Virus record (IMG/VR): IMGVR_UViG_3300012204_000011
Coordinates: 1-53,112 of that record
DNA: 53,112 nt
Strand: one strand, 5' to 3'
From: a virus
Lineage: Duplodnaviria; Caudoviricetes
Shown: positions 27,893-36,881 of the stretch, piece after piece
How the letters are laid out: the number at the start of each line of letters is the position of its first letter
How positions within the stretch are numbered: the first letter of the stretch is position 1
Program-made: the position numbers and the translations under genes
The notes under the pieces: model-generated
Database searches by the model: none
The model's input: the letters and a program-made list of their open reading frames with translations, nothing else
What the model was told of the DNA's origin: nothing

Positions 27893-28125
27893 CGCCGGAC
27901 AGCCCCCGCGTGCTGGTGGTCGAGGACGACGCGCCGCAGCCTGGGGCCGCGCTCGCCGCGGAGAGCCACACGGTTCCGCGCCACACGTACGGCCCGGGTG
28001 GAACGACGCGATCTCGCGGCAGCACGGTCACGGATGGCGACGCGCGCCGGCGCGAGCGCGAGCGCCGCGCGAAGGGGAAGGCGGCCCGGCGCGCACGAAA
28101 GACGCAGCGCAGGAGGGGGCGGTAA
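27889..28125 (+). CDS. Hypothetical protein
   Basis: GGAGG RBS, coupled. Confidence 0.5.
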   Translation: MTPDSPRVLVVEDDAPQPGAALAAESHTVPRHTYGPGGTTRSRGSTVTDGDARRRERERRAKGKAARRARKTQRRRGR

Positions 28126-28391
28126 TGCCCGCCATCACCATCACGCTCGACCTCGGCACGGATCCCTGGACGGACGTGCGGCGCGAGCAGCTCGTCCACG
28201 TGACCGAGCCGTTTCGCGTCGGCGGTCTCCCCGGAGGGATGGCGAGCGGGAAGACGAGCGTCGCGTTCGACATCCCGCTCCCCGATGGCCGCCACGTGCT
28301 CGCCGAGACGAGCCTCGAACTGTTTCTCGCCGCTGCGGACGCGCTCCGCGCCCGGTACGGCGACAACGCACCACGCGGGAGAGACGCATGA
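28125..28391 (+). CDS. Hypothetical conserved phage protein
   Basis: LPGGMASGKTSVAFDIPLPDGRHVLAETSL. Confidence 0.7.
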   Translation: MPAITITLDLGTDPWTDVRREQLVHVTEPFRVGGLPGGMASGKTSVAFDIPLPDGRHVLAETSLELFLAAADALRARYGDNAPRGRDA

Positions 28392-28906
28392 GCACCTTCG
28401 AGGACAAGAGCAAGCGCGCGACGACGGACGGGCAGCCGCCGCGCCCCGGGTTCGAGGATGCGTCCGCGCCGGCGCCGACCGACGCGACCGGCCAGCATGG
28501 CGCGTACTGGATCCTCTCCGGGGAGGAGCGCGCGAAGGGCTTCGTGCGCCCGGTGCGCCGCCAGTACGTGCACGTCGGGCCGCCGGGCCCGAAGCATCCG
28601 CTCGTCGATCTCACCCCCGAGCAGCACGAGCGCTACGCGCAGATCGGGTACGTGAAGTTCGAGGCGTACCCGAAGACGGACGAGAGCGCGGTCACGGGTC
28701 GGTACTGGACCCAGGCCCAGCTCGACGCCGCGGGCAAGGGCTGCGGCTCGGTCACGACGATGGGGCTCGCCATCGCGGAGACGTACGCCAGACAACCCGT
28801 AGGGTTCTACGACAGCACCTTCTGCTGCCGCTGCGGCAAGCACCTGCCGGTCGGCGCCGCCGGCGAGTTCGTCTGGGACGGCACGGACGAGAGGGTGGGG
28901 ACGTAA
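28388..28906 (+). CDS. Hypothetical conserved phage protein (Zn-binding)
   Basis: ERAKGFVRPVRRQYVH...CGSVTTMGLAIAETYAR...FCCRC. Confidence 0.75.
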   Translation: MSTFEDKSKRATTDGQPPRPGFEDASAPAPTDATGQHGAYWILSGEERAKGFVRPVRRQYVHVGPPGPKHPLVDLTPEQHERYAQIGYVKFEAYPKTDESAVTGRYWTQAQLDAAGKGCGSVTTMGLAIAETYARQPVGFYDSTFCCRCGKHLPVGAAGEFVWDGTDERVGT

Positions 28907-28969
28907 ACCGCTTCCGCCCCTTTGGGCGGGAACTGCCGGCGAGCGCCGGCGAACACGAGGAGGAAGCAC

Positions 28970-29164
28970 ATGGGAGAGCGGATCAAATTGGGCGCCAGGG
29001 TGAAGGACAAGGTCAGCGGTTTCACGGGCATCGTGACGGCGCGCTGCGAGTACCTAAGCGAGGCACCGCGAGTCCTCGTCGAGGCGCAGGCCACGGAGAG
29101 CGGGGCCCGCGCCGCCGAGAGTTGGTACCCCGAGACCCGCGTCGAGATCGCGGAGGCGCTGTAG
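28970..29164 (+). CDS. Small SH3-like phage protein
   Basis: LGARVKDKVSGFTGIVTARCEYL; GAGGAGG RBS. Confidence 0.75.
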   Translation: MGERIKLGARVKDKVSGFTGIVTARCEYLSEAPRVLVEAQATESGARAAESWYPETRVEIAEAL

Positions 29165-29167
29165 CCG

Positions 29168-29404
29168 ATGCCGACCCTGGGCCCCGACAGCGTGAGCAGC
29201 ACCGCGCCCGTCGGGGCCCAGGGTCGGCGTGAGCCTCGCGTGTACGACGCCGATCGCGCCGAGGTCTTCATCACGATGCGCTGCCCGCGCTGCCGGAAGT
29301 CGAAACCGCTCAGGGACTTCGGCCTCCGCCGGATGGCGGACGGACGGATCCGGAATCAGCCGCAATGCGTGAAGTGCCGCGCGAAGGGAGTCGCCACGCC
29401 GTGA
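29168..29404 (+). CDS. Small Zn-finger protein
   Basis: CPRCRKSKPLRDF...QPQCVKC. Confidence 0.65.
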   Translation: MPTLGPDSVSSTAPVGAQGRREPRVYDADRAEVFITMRCPRCRKSKPLRDFGLRRMADGRIRNQPQCVKCRAKGVATP

Positions 29405-29829
29405 GCCAGGCGCTCCTCGACTTCACGCCGCAGCAGCGGCATCCCCGGCGACCGGAGCGGGTGGACCTGCGCGTGAAGCTCGCGCTGCGGTTCCTCCTCT
29501 CGTCGCGGCACCGCGGCATGGAGAACGCCGCCACCTGGGAGGAGATGCTCGAGCAACTCAACGCCGATGGCCGAGCGGCCGGGGAGGGCGGCCTCTACGT
29601 CGCTCGCGTCCGGCGCCTTCAGGAGGCGGCCGAGGAACTTCTCGCGGAAGAGAACCCCATTGCCTCGCTCTCCTCGAGGGGCGTGTTCTGGGCGCTCCGT
29701 CCGGAGGAACTCGAGGCGTCGTTCTGGGAGCGGGACAAGCGCGCGCGGAAGTCGATGCTCGGGCGCGGCCGGGCGCGGCGCGTCTGGAAGCGGATGCTCG
29801 GCCAGATCGACCTCGGGGAGAACGCGTGA
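29401..29829 (+). CDS. Hypothetical wHTH-like protein
   Basis: HRGMENA...RVRRLQEAAEEL..PIASLSSRGVFW. Confidence 0.6.
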   Translation: MSQALLDFTPQQRHPRRPERVDLRVKLALRFLLSSRHRGMENAATWEEMLEQLNADGRAAGEGGLYVARVRRLQEAAEELLAEENPIASLSSRGVFWALRPEELEASFWERDKRARKSMLGRGRARRVWKRMLGQIDLGENA

Positions 29830-30017
29830 CGCGTCTCGAGCCGATGCTCATCCGCGTCCCGCCGGACCTCGCCGCGGCGCTCCGCGATCTCGCGCGCGAG
29901 ACGCGGATTCACCAGGCCGACCTCCAGCGCGAGGCCATCGCGGACCTGCTCCGGAAGCACGGCCGCCACCCCGAGTTGGTCGACGTCGCCGAGGGCGACA
30001 CGAGAGGTGCAGCTTGA
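29826..30017 (+). CDS. Ribbon-helix-helix DNA-binding protein
   Basis: MLIRVPPDLAAALRDLARETRIHQADLQREAIADLLRKH. Confidence 0.8.
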   Translation: MTRLEPMLIRVPPDLAAALRDLARETRIHQADLQREAIADLLRKHGRHPELVDVAEGDTRGAA

Positions 30018-30340
30018 ACCACGCGGTCGGCGAGGCGAGCTACTCGGCGGGCTGGGGGTACGCGCACGAGCGCCTGCGCGCGCAGGACGAGGAGACCGGC
30101 CGGCGGCTCGACGACGCCATTGCGCGCGAGAACCGGGCCGTCGTCCAGGGACAGGTGGGGCTGCGCCGGCCCTCGGCGGACATCGCCGAGATCCTCAAGA
30201 TGCGCGCGCGGGGCGAGTCCCTCGCCGCGATCGGCCACCGGTTCGGCATCACCCGGGAGGCGGTCCGCCAGGTCGTCCTCCGGCACGGGACGGCGATCCA
30301 CCACGGCGTCGATCGCCGTCGGAAGCGGAGGCAGAACTGA
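30014..30340 (+). CDS. Sigma70 region-4-like HTH protein
   Basis: EILKMRARGESLAAIGHRFGITREAVRQVV. Confidence 0.7.
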   Translation: MNHAVGEASYSAGWGYAHERLRAQDEETGRRLDDAIARENRAVVQGQVGLRRPSADIAEILKMRARGESLAAIGHRFGITREAVRQVVLRHGTAIHHGVDRRRKRRQN

Positions 30341-30591
30341 TGGTCCTCGGCGAAGCAGCCTCCGTCGCATGCGACTTCGCGCGCGTGCACGTCGGCGCGG
30401 CGGAGATCGCGATGCGCGAGGCCCGGAGGGCACGCACGCCGATCGCGCAGGCGAAGGCGTGGGAGCGGGTCGCGCTGCAGCTCCGGAAGGCGGGGCGCGA
30501 GCTGGCGAAGGGCGAGCTCGCCGCGATCGAGCGCGCGCGCACGGCGGTGCTTGAGGGCGTCGCGCCGGCGAAGGCGAGGGCGCGCGGGTGA
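30340..30591 (+). CDS. Hypothetical protein
   Basis: Coupled at both ends. Confidence 0.55.
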   Translation: MVLGEAASVACDFARVHVGAAEIAMREARRARTPIAQAKAWERVALQLRKAGRELAKGELAAIERARTAVLEGVAPAKARARG

Positions 30592-31175
30592 GCTGGCGCA
30601 TCCTCCAAGGCGACTGCCGCGAGGTCCTCCGGACGCTGCCGGCGGAGTCGGTGCTACGCGGCGAGGCCGACGCGGTTCAGTTCGTGTGCGCGGGCACAAA
30701 GCCGCTCCATCTCGGCCGAGAGTTCGGCGGAGCGCGGTGCGCTTCCAGCGTGGCCGCGGCCGGGCGCGACGCGGGCCTTCTTGCTGCGCTCCTTCGCTTC
30801 CCGGAGCGCGAGGCAGTTCTCGGCCTGGGCGCGCTTGATCCGCAGGTAGGGGAGGAGCGCACGGAGGCACGCTGCGGCGCGCATGTCGGTGACCTCCCAG
30901 CCGAGCAGCGGGCGCCCGCGCTTGGCGTGCGGGTCGGCGACGAAGCGGTACCCGCCGAACAGCTGATGAAGGAGATCGACGGCCTGTGGCTCGACCTGCT
31001 TCACGCAGACACGCTCGCTGAATGTCGGCTGGGAGCAATCCCCGACGCGGCGCTGTTTGTACGTGCTTCGCTTCACGCCAATCGTCCCGTCCGAGTCGAT
31101 GACGCCGGCGCAGTACGCGCGTTCTTCGGGGCTCATGGTCATGCAGCAGTCTACGTGGAGGGTCCGACACGATGA
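30588..31175 (+). pseudogene. Displaced original 5' end of DNA methyltransferase (22 codons) continued by open frame antisense to homing endonuclease
   Basis: MSWRILQGDCREVLRTLPAESV matches MTase N-terminus at 31172; frame stays open to TGA overlapping new ATG. Confidence 0.8.
30654..31142 (-). CDS. Single-motif LAGLIDADG homing endonuclease
   Basis: AYCAGVIDSDGTI, VKQ, LHQLFGG, LRALLPYLRIKRAQAE. Confidence 0.9.
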   Translation of the reverse strand: MTMSPEERAYCAGVIDSDGTIGVKRSTYKQRRVGDCSQPTFSERVCVKQVEPQAVDLLHQLFGGYRFVADPHAKRGRPLLGWEVTDMRAAACLRALLPYLRIKRAQAENCLALREAKERSKKARVAPGRGHAGSAPRSAELSAEMERLCARAHELNRVGLAA

Positions 31176-32471
31176 CGTGGCGGATTCTCCAGGGAGATTG
31201 CCGGGAAGTATTGCGCACACTTCCAGCGGATAGCGTTCAGTGTTGCGTTACCAGCCCCCCATATTGGGGTTTGCGCGACTACGGGGTCGAGGGCCAGTTC
31301 GGGCTCGAGCGGACGCCGGAGGAGTACGTCGCGAAGATGGTCGAGGTGTTCCGGGAGGTCCGGCGCGTGCTCCGGCCGGACGGGACGCTCTGGCTGAACC
31401 TCGGGGACTCGTACTGCTCGGCGCCGGCAGGGAACGCGCCAGGGACGCAGGGCGCGAAGTCCGGGCTCACCAACCCGTGGCGGATGGAGGAGATCCGCGG
31501 GCGGCACAAGGAGGCGCGCTCGAGGGGCGAGAACCGTCCGGAGACGAACGGCGCGGCAGGGACCCTGGTGCAGCCGAACCGGACCACGATCCCTGGGCTG
31601 AAGCCGAAGGACCTCGTCGGCATCCCGTGGCGCGTCGCGCTCGCGCTCCAGGCGGACGGCTGGTGGCTCCGGCAGGAGATCATCTGGCACAAGCCGAATC
31701 CGATGCCGGAGGCGGTGACGGACCGTCCGACGCGGTCGCACGAGCAGGTGTTCCTGCTCTCCCGGTCGGCGTCCTACTTCTACGACCGCCACGCGATCAT
31801 GGAGCCGGTGACCGGCGGCGCGCACCCGCGCGGCGGTGGCGTGAACCCGAAGGCGCTCGAGTCCGGCTCGGAGGGGCGCGAGGGCCGCGTCGGCGCACCG
31901 CGGTCGAAGCAGAACGCGAGCTTCTCCGCCGCTGTGACCGGTCTGGTCGCGCAGCGGAACCGCCGGTCCGTCTGGAGCATCACCACGAAGCCGTACCCGG
32001 GCGCGCACTTCGCGACGTTCCCGGTGGACCTCGTTGAGCCGTGCATCCTCGCCGGGTCGAGCGAGCGCGGCGCCTGCGCGTCGTGCGGCGCTCCGCTCGA
32101 GCGCGTCGTGGAGACGCCGGACTTCTCCGAGCAGCCGAAGCGAGCGGAGAGCAGGCTCGAAGGGAAGATGATCGCGAAGGGCGCGGGCTACGCCACGAGC
32201 GCGGGGCAGGCGTGGCAGGACTGGCGCGCCGCGAACCCGGACCGGACCGTCGACTGGCGCCCGACCTGTAGCTGCGAACCGGGGGGGGGCAAGCGTCATG
32301 CCATGTAGCGTGCTCGACCCGTTCGCCGGCGCTTGCACGACCGGGCTCGTCGCGCGCCGTCTCGGGCGATCGTTCGTCGGCTGCGAGCTCTCGCCAGCGT
32401 ACGTGGAGATGGGCCGCCGCCGGATCATCGACGACGCACCGCTCCTGAACGCGCCGGGGAGGATCGCGTGA
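31172..32471 (+). CDS. N4-C/N6-A DNA methyltransferase (beta class), frameshifted at G9 tract
   Basis: TSPPYW, DGTLWLNLGD, IIWHKPN, HFATFP; motif I VLDPFAG lies in another frame after G9 at 32281-32289. Confidence 0.9.
32281..32289 (+). repeat. Poly-G (G9) tract at MTase frameshift
   Basis: G8 or G11 would restore the frame to ...PGGASVMPCSVLDPFAG. Confidence 0.85.
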
Positions 32472-33175
32472 CCGAGTCGCTCCTGCAGGTGCAAGACGGA
32501 AACGAATCGACGGCCGCCGAGAGGCGCGCCCTGGACCTCTACGCGACCCGGCCCGAGGTGGCACAGGCGATCTGCGAGCGGCTCCAGGCCGAGGTTCGCG
32601 TTCCCGACGTCATCGTCGAGCCGAGCGCCGGCCCGGGCCGGTTCGTTGCCGCGGCGCTCGCGGTATGGCCGGGCGCGCACGTCATCGCGGTGGACGTCGA
32701 CGGCGCGCACCGGGCCACCTGCCTCGCGGCGGGCGCGGCGGAGTTCCACGAGTGCGACTGGCCGACTTGGGTGGAGCGCAACCGCCGCGCCGGCGTGAAC
32801 TGCGGCCACGGGCGGCTCCTCATCCTCGGCAACCCGCCCTTCAGTCACGCGGTGCAGCACATCACCGCGGCGCTGGAGCTGCTCCTCCCTGGCGAGCATC
32901 TCGTCTTCCTCCTGCGCCAGTCGATCCGCGCGGCGAAGGAGCGCATCGGCTTCTGGGCGCGGTCGCCGCTCGAGGAGGCCGCGCTCGTCCTCCCGCGCCC
33001 CAGCTTCATCGGCGGGAACGACTCGGGCGAGTACGAGGTCCTTCGCTGGACGAAGGGCCACCAGGGGCGCGCCACGATCGCGCCCCCGATCCTGTGGGGC
33101 TCGGCGAAGGCGGAGGCCGAGGTGGCGCGAGACCAGCTCGGGCTGTTCGCCGCGCCAGCGGGGAGGGTCGGGTGA
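32468..33175 (+). CDS. Small N6-adenine DNA methyltransferase (gamma-like order)
   Basis: DLYAT, IVEPSAGPGRF (motif I), LILGNPPF (motif IV), RPSF. Confidence 0.82.
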   Translation: MTESLLQVQDGNESTAAERRALDLYATRPEVAQAICERLQAEVRVPDVIVEPSAGPGRFVAAALAVWPGAHVIAVDVDGAHRATCLAAGAAEFHECDWPTWVERNRRAGVNCGHGRLLILGNPPFSHAVQHITAALELLLPGEHLVFLLRQSIRAAKERIGFWARSPLEEAALVLPRPSFIGGNDSGEYEVLRWTKGHQGRATIAPPILWGSAKAEAEVARDQLGLFAAPAGRVG

Positions 33176-33510
33176 AGCACATCTACATCGCGGGGCCGTA
33201 CACGGCGGCCACCACCGAGGCGGTTCAGGCGAACGTGGACCGCGCGCTTGATACTGGCAACCGCCTTCTCGACGCCGGTCTCTGGCCGTACGTCCCGCAC
33301 CTCTCCCACTATCTCGAGGCCCGGAAGCCCCGGCACTACGAGGAGTGGATGGCGCTTGACCTCGCCATGCTTCGGCGGATGGACGCGATCCTCCGACTGC
33401 CCGAACCGTCGAGCGGGGCGGACCGGGAGGTCGCGGCGGCGCGGATCCTCGGGCTCCCTGTCTTCTGGACCGCGGCCGAGACGATCGCGTGGGCGCGGAG
33501 GGTCGCGTGA
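33172..33510 (+). CDS. DUF4406/nucleoside 2-deoxyribosyltransferase-like protein
   Basis: IYIAGPYT, PYVPH, DLAMLRRMDAILRL, SSGADRE...GLPVF. Confidence 0.78.
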   Translation: MKHIYIAGPYTAATTEAVQANVDRALDTGNRLLDAGLWPYVPHLSHYLEARKPRHYEEWMALDLAMLRRMDAILRLPEPSSGADREVAAARILGLPVFWTAAETIAWARRVA

Positions 33511-34355
33511 GCGCCCGAGTGATCCGCGTCTTCCCCCGCCGCACCGCGGCGACCCCGGTCGATGAACTCGCCCGCGTCGGCGTGCCGCCCGGCCTGTTCG
33601 ACGAGGCAGACGAGGTCCACGTCTCCGTCACGTTCACCTGGGACCTGCCCGCGGCGGAGCGACTCGCGCGCCAGTGGGCGCCGGTCGCGCCCGTGAAGAT
33701 CGGTGGCCCGGCGACCGGCGAGCGCGGGGAGACGTTCGAGCCGGGCCGCTACGTGCGGGAGGGGTACGTCATCACGTCGCGCGGCTGCCCGAATCGCTGC
33801 TGGTTCTGCTCCGTGTGGAAGCGGGAGGGGCAGGCGATCCGCGAGCTGCCGATCCGCGACGGGACCAACATCCTCGACGACAACCTCCTCGCCTGCTCGC
33901 CCGAGCACGTCATGTCCGTCTTCGCGATGCTCGCGCGGCAGAAGGCGGAGCGGCGCGGGGTCGAGATCCAGTTCACGGGCGGGCTCGAGGCGGCGCGGCT
34001 GAAGCCGTGGCACGTGGAGGCTCTCCGCGCCCTGCGCCCGCGTGCGGTGTTCTTCGCCTACGACACGCCGGACGACCTCGGGCCGTTGCGTCACGCCGGG
34101 GAGCTCATGCTCGGCGCCGGGTTCACGCGGGCGAGCCACCGCCTTCGCGCCTACGTCCTCGTCGGTGGCCCCGGCGACGCGTTCGCCGCGGCGGAGACGC
34201 GGATTGCCGAGACGCTCGAGGCTGGGTTCGTCCCGATGGCGATGCTCTACCGGAGGCCGGACGGGGACGGAAAGGTGGATCTGGCGTGGCGCGCGTGGGC
34301 GAGGTTGCGCGCCCGACCGGCGATCGTCTGCGCTCCGACAGGGTGCGCCGCATGA
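33507..34355 (+). CDS. Radical SAM protein
   Basis: TSRGCPNRCWFC (CxxxCxxC), ILDDNLLA, GGLEA; N-terminal SVTFTWD..IGGP. Confidence 0.88.
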   Translation: MSARVIRVFPRRTAATPVDELARVGVPPGLFDEADEVHVSVTFTWDLPAAERLARQWAPVAPVKIGGPATGERGETFEPGRYVREGYVITSRGCPNRCWFCSVWKREGQAIRELPIRDGTNILDDNLLACSPEHVMSVFAMLARQKAERRGVEIQFTGGLEAARLKPWHVEALRALRPRAVFFAYDTPDDLGPLRHAGELMLGAGFTRASHRLRAYVLVGGPGDAFAAAETRIAETLEAGFVPMAMLYRRPDGDGKVDLAWRAWARLRARPAIVCAPTGCAA

Positions 34356-34699
34356 CGGCCCTCGTCCCCCGCCGCCCGATGACCTCTGCCGAGGTCGACC
34401 TCACGCGCGCCCTCACGCGCTGCCATTTCCCGGTCGCGTCCTTTTCCAAAAGGTTCGCGCGCGGGCTCCGGTACCAGGCCGAGGCGCCGGAGCCGATGAT
34501 CACCGAGAACCAGGCGGCCTGCCTGCGGCGCCAGGTGGCCATCTACCGGCGGCAGATCCCCGCGGCGTCCATCCCTGCGGAGTGCCGCTACCTCCTCTCG
34601 GCCTCCGCGGCCGAGCGGCTCAGCTCGCGCGCCATCGCGCCCGTCCCGCCCCCGGCGCCGCTCGAGCCGCTGCCGCTCTTCGACACGGAGATCGAGTAG
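34352..34699 (+). CDS. Hypothetical protein
   Basis: ATGA-coupled. Confidence 0.6.
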   Translation: MTALVPRRPMTSAEVDLTRALTRCHFPVASFSKRFARGLRYQAEAPEPMITENQAACLRRQVAIYRRQIPAASIPAECRYLLSASAAERLSSRAIAPVPPPAPLEPLPLFDTEIE

Positions 34700-35098
34700 A
34701 TGGCGCGCGCGAAGGCCGCCCCGCTGCCGGTGACGCCGGCTCGCCTCCGGGAGATCCTCGGGACCTACCGCTACAACTTCGCCTCCGAGCGCGACCTCCA
34801 GGACGGGATCGCGCAGGTGCTCTTCCAGCGCGGCATCCGGTTCGCACGCGAGGTGCGGCTGCCGCCCGCGAAGAAGGGCGAGCAGGACATCCCCGACTTC
34901 ATGGTCGACGGGATCGCGGTCGAGGTGAAGGTCGACGGCGGCCTCTCCGACGTGACCCGCCAGCTCCACCGCTACGCGCAGCACAAGGAGGTGCAGGCGC
35001 TCCTCCTCGTCACCTCGCGGGCGCAGCTCGGGAACCAGCCCGGGAAGATGAGCGGCAAGCCGGTGATGGTCCTCGCGCTCCTCGGAGGGATCTTGTGA
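34700..35098 (+). CDS. PD-(D/E)XK nuclease
   Basis: ERDLQ, REVRL, IPDFMV, AVEVK, QLHRY. Confidence 0.78.
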   Translation: MARAKAAPLPVTPARLREILGTYRYNFASERDLQDGIAQVLFQRGIRFAREVRLPPAKKGEQDIPDFMVDGIAVEVKVDGGLSDVTRQLHRYAQHKEVQALLLVTSRAQLGNQPGKMSGKPVMVLALLGGIL

Positions 35099-36879
35099 AG
35101 ACCTTCGGGCGCATCGAGCACCTGGCGAAGAAGCGCCAGTGGAAGATCGAGGCCGAGCCTCACGTGTTCATCCGCCTGAAGCGGGTGTTCCAGAAGGTCG
35201 ACAAGACCTCGCACGGCGTCATCTACCTCTCGGACACTCCGGAAAATTCGCGCGAGTTGAGCTGGTTCCTCGATCGCTACCCGATGCGCGTCGACGCGCG
35301 TGAGCACCTCGAGCAGCAATCGCAGACGTACATGGAGCGCCAGGACCGGCTGAACCTCGTCCTCGACGGGAAGTACGAGCCGCGCCGATTCGAGCTCGCG
35401 CTGCCGCTGCGCGATTACCAGGCGGTCGCGGCCGAGCTGGCGCTCCAGGCCGGGTCGCTCATCATCGGCGACGAACTCGGCCTCGGGAAGACGGCAGAGG
35501 CGATCGGGATCATCGCCGATCCGAGCGCGCGGCCGGCTCTGGTCGTCACGGCGACGCACCTCACGAGGCAGTGGGCCGCCGAGATCAAGAAGTTCGCGCC
35601 GTCGCTCCGCGTCCACGTTCTGAAGACGGGCCGACCCTACGTGCCCGACGCGCCCTGGGGCGGCATCCTCGAGGCGATGCGGCCGCGGCGCCGGCGGAAG
35701 GACCCCGCGCCGACGCTCCTGCCGGGGATGAGCGGCGTTCCCGACGTCGTCATCTGCAACTACCACAAGCTCTCCGGCTGGGCGGACGTGCTCGCCGGGA
35801 AGATCCGCGGCGTCTTCTTCGACGAGGGGCAGGAGCTCCGCCTCCCGGACAGCGCGAAATACAAGGCGGCCGCGCACATCGCGGAGCGCGCCGACGTCCG
35901 GGTCATGCTGACCGCGACGCCCATCTACAACTACGGCGACGAGATGTTCACGGTGACGAAGGTCGTGAACCCCCTCGCCCTCGGGACGCGCGAGGAGTTC
36001 GTTCGCGAGTGGTGCAGCAACGATCGGATGGTGAAGGACCCAAAGGCGCTCGGCGTCTACCTGCGCGAGCAGTCGATCATGCTGCGGCGGACCCGCAAGG
36101 ACGTCGGCCGAGAGCTGCCGCCGGTCATCTCGATCCCGATGCTCGTCGAGGCCGACGAGGAGCCGCTCAAGAACATCGAGGGCGCCGCGGGTGAGCTCGC
36201 GCGCATCATCCTCACCCAAGGCGGCCAGAAGCGCGGGGAGAAGTTCCACGCCGCCGAGGAGCTGAGCTGGCGCCTCCGCCAGGCGACCGGGATCGCCAAG
36301 GCGGCACCGGTCGCCGCGCTCGTCCGGATGCTCGTCGAGCAGGGTGAGCCGGTACTGCTCACAGGGTGGCACAGGGAGGTGTATTCGCTGTGGCTCGAGC
36401 GTCTCGCCGACCTGAACCCCGTGATGTTCACGGGGACGGAGAGCGCCTCCCAGAAGGCCGAGTCAGTAGCGCGGTTCCTCCGCGGTGACGCGAAGGTCCT
36501 CGTCATGTCGCTGCGCTCGGGCGCCGGGCTCGAGGGCCTCCAGCAAGTGTGCAGCGTCGTCGTGCACGGCGAGCTCGACTGGTCCCCGAAGGTCCACGAC
36601 CAAGTCGGCGGGCGCCTCCACCGCGACGGCCAGGACGAGAACGTGCGCGCCTTCTTCCCGTACACAGAGACGGGCTCGGATCCGGTCGTCATGGACGTGC
36701 TCGGGGTGAAGCGGCAGCAGTCCGAGGGGATCGTGAACCCGTACGCGCCCGCCGTGGAGCCGCTCGACGTCCACGGCGGCGCCCAGAACATCCGGAAGCT
36801 CGCGGAGGCGTACCTGCGCCAGCGCGGGCTCGCCGTGCCGCAGCCGGCGCTCGAGCCGAGCGCGGCGATGGAGGGGTAG
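35095..36879 (+). CDS. SNF2-family helicase
   Basis: LRDYQ, DELGLGKT, FDEGQ, LTATP, MLRRTR, GLEGLQ, DWSP..HDQVGGRLHRDGQ. Confidence 0.9.
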   Translation: MKTFGRIEHLAKKRQWKIEAEPHVFIRLKRVFQKVDKTSHGVIYLSDTPENSRELSWFLDRYPMRVDAREHLEQQSQTYMERQDRLNLVLDGKYEPRRFELALPLRDYQAVAAELALQAGSLIIGDELGLGKTAEAIGIIADPSARPALVVTATHLTRQWAAEIKKFAPSLRVHVLKTGRPYVPDAPWGGILEAMRPRRRRKDPAPTLLPGMSGVPDVVICNYHKLSGWADVLAGKIRGVFFDEGQELRLPDSAKYKAAAHIAERADVRVMLTATPIYNYGDEMFTVTKVVNPLALGTREEFVREWCSNDRMVKDPKALGVYLREQSIMLRRTRKDVGRELPPVISIPMLVEADEEPLKNIEGAAGELARIILTQGGQKRGEKFHAAEELSWRLRQATGIAKAAPVAALVRMLVEQGEPVLLTGWHREVYSLWLERLADLNPVMFTGTESASQKAESVARFLRGDAKVLVMSLRSGAGLEGLQQVCSVVVHGELDWSPKVHDQVGGRLHRDGQDENVRAFFPYTETGSDPVVMDVLGVKRQQSEGIVNPYAPAVEPLDVHGGAQNIRKLAEAYLRQRGLAVPQPALEPSAAMEG

Positions 36880-36881
36880 GG

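Noticed and set aside
28220-28260. GGMASGKT as a Walker A ATPase
   Set aside because: Protein is only 88 aa with no Walker B or P-loop fold context
30654-31171. Group I intron or intein housing the LAGLIDADG gene
   Set aside because: Gene is antisense, fills nearly the whole insert leaving no room for a ribozyme core, shows no intein C1/HN termini, and the exon is duplicated rather than split
31151-33637. 828-aa minus-strand ORF and many similar long Arg/Pro/Ala-rich ORFs (e.g. 1195-2688, 16483-18297, 47918-49615, 50318-52519)
   Set aside because: Shadow frames of real genes, expected at this GC content
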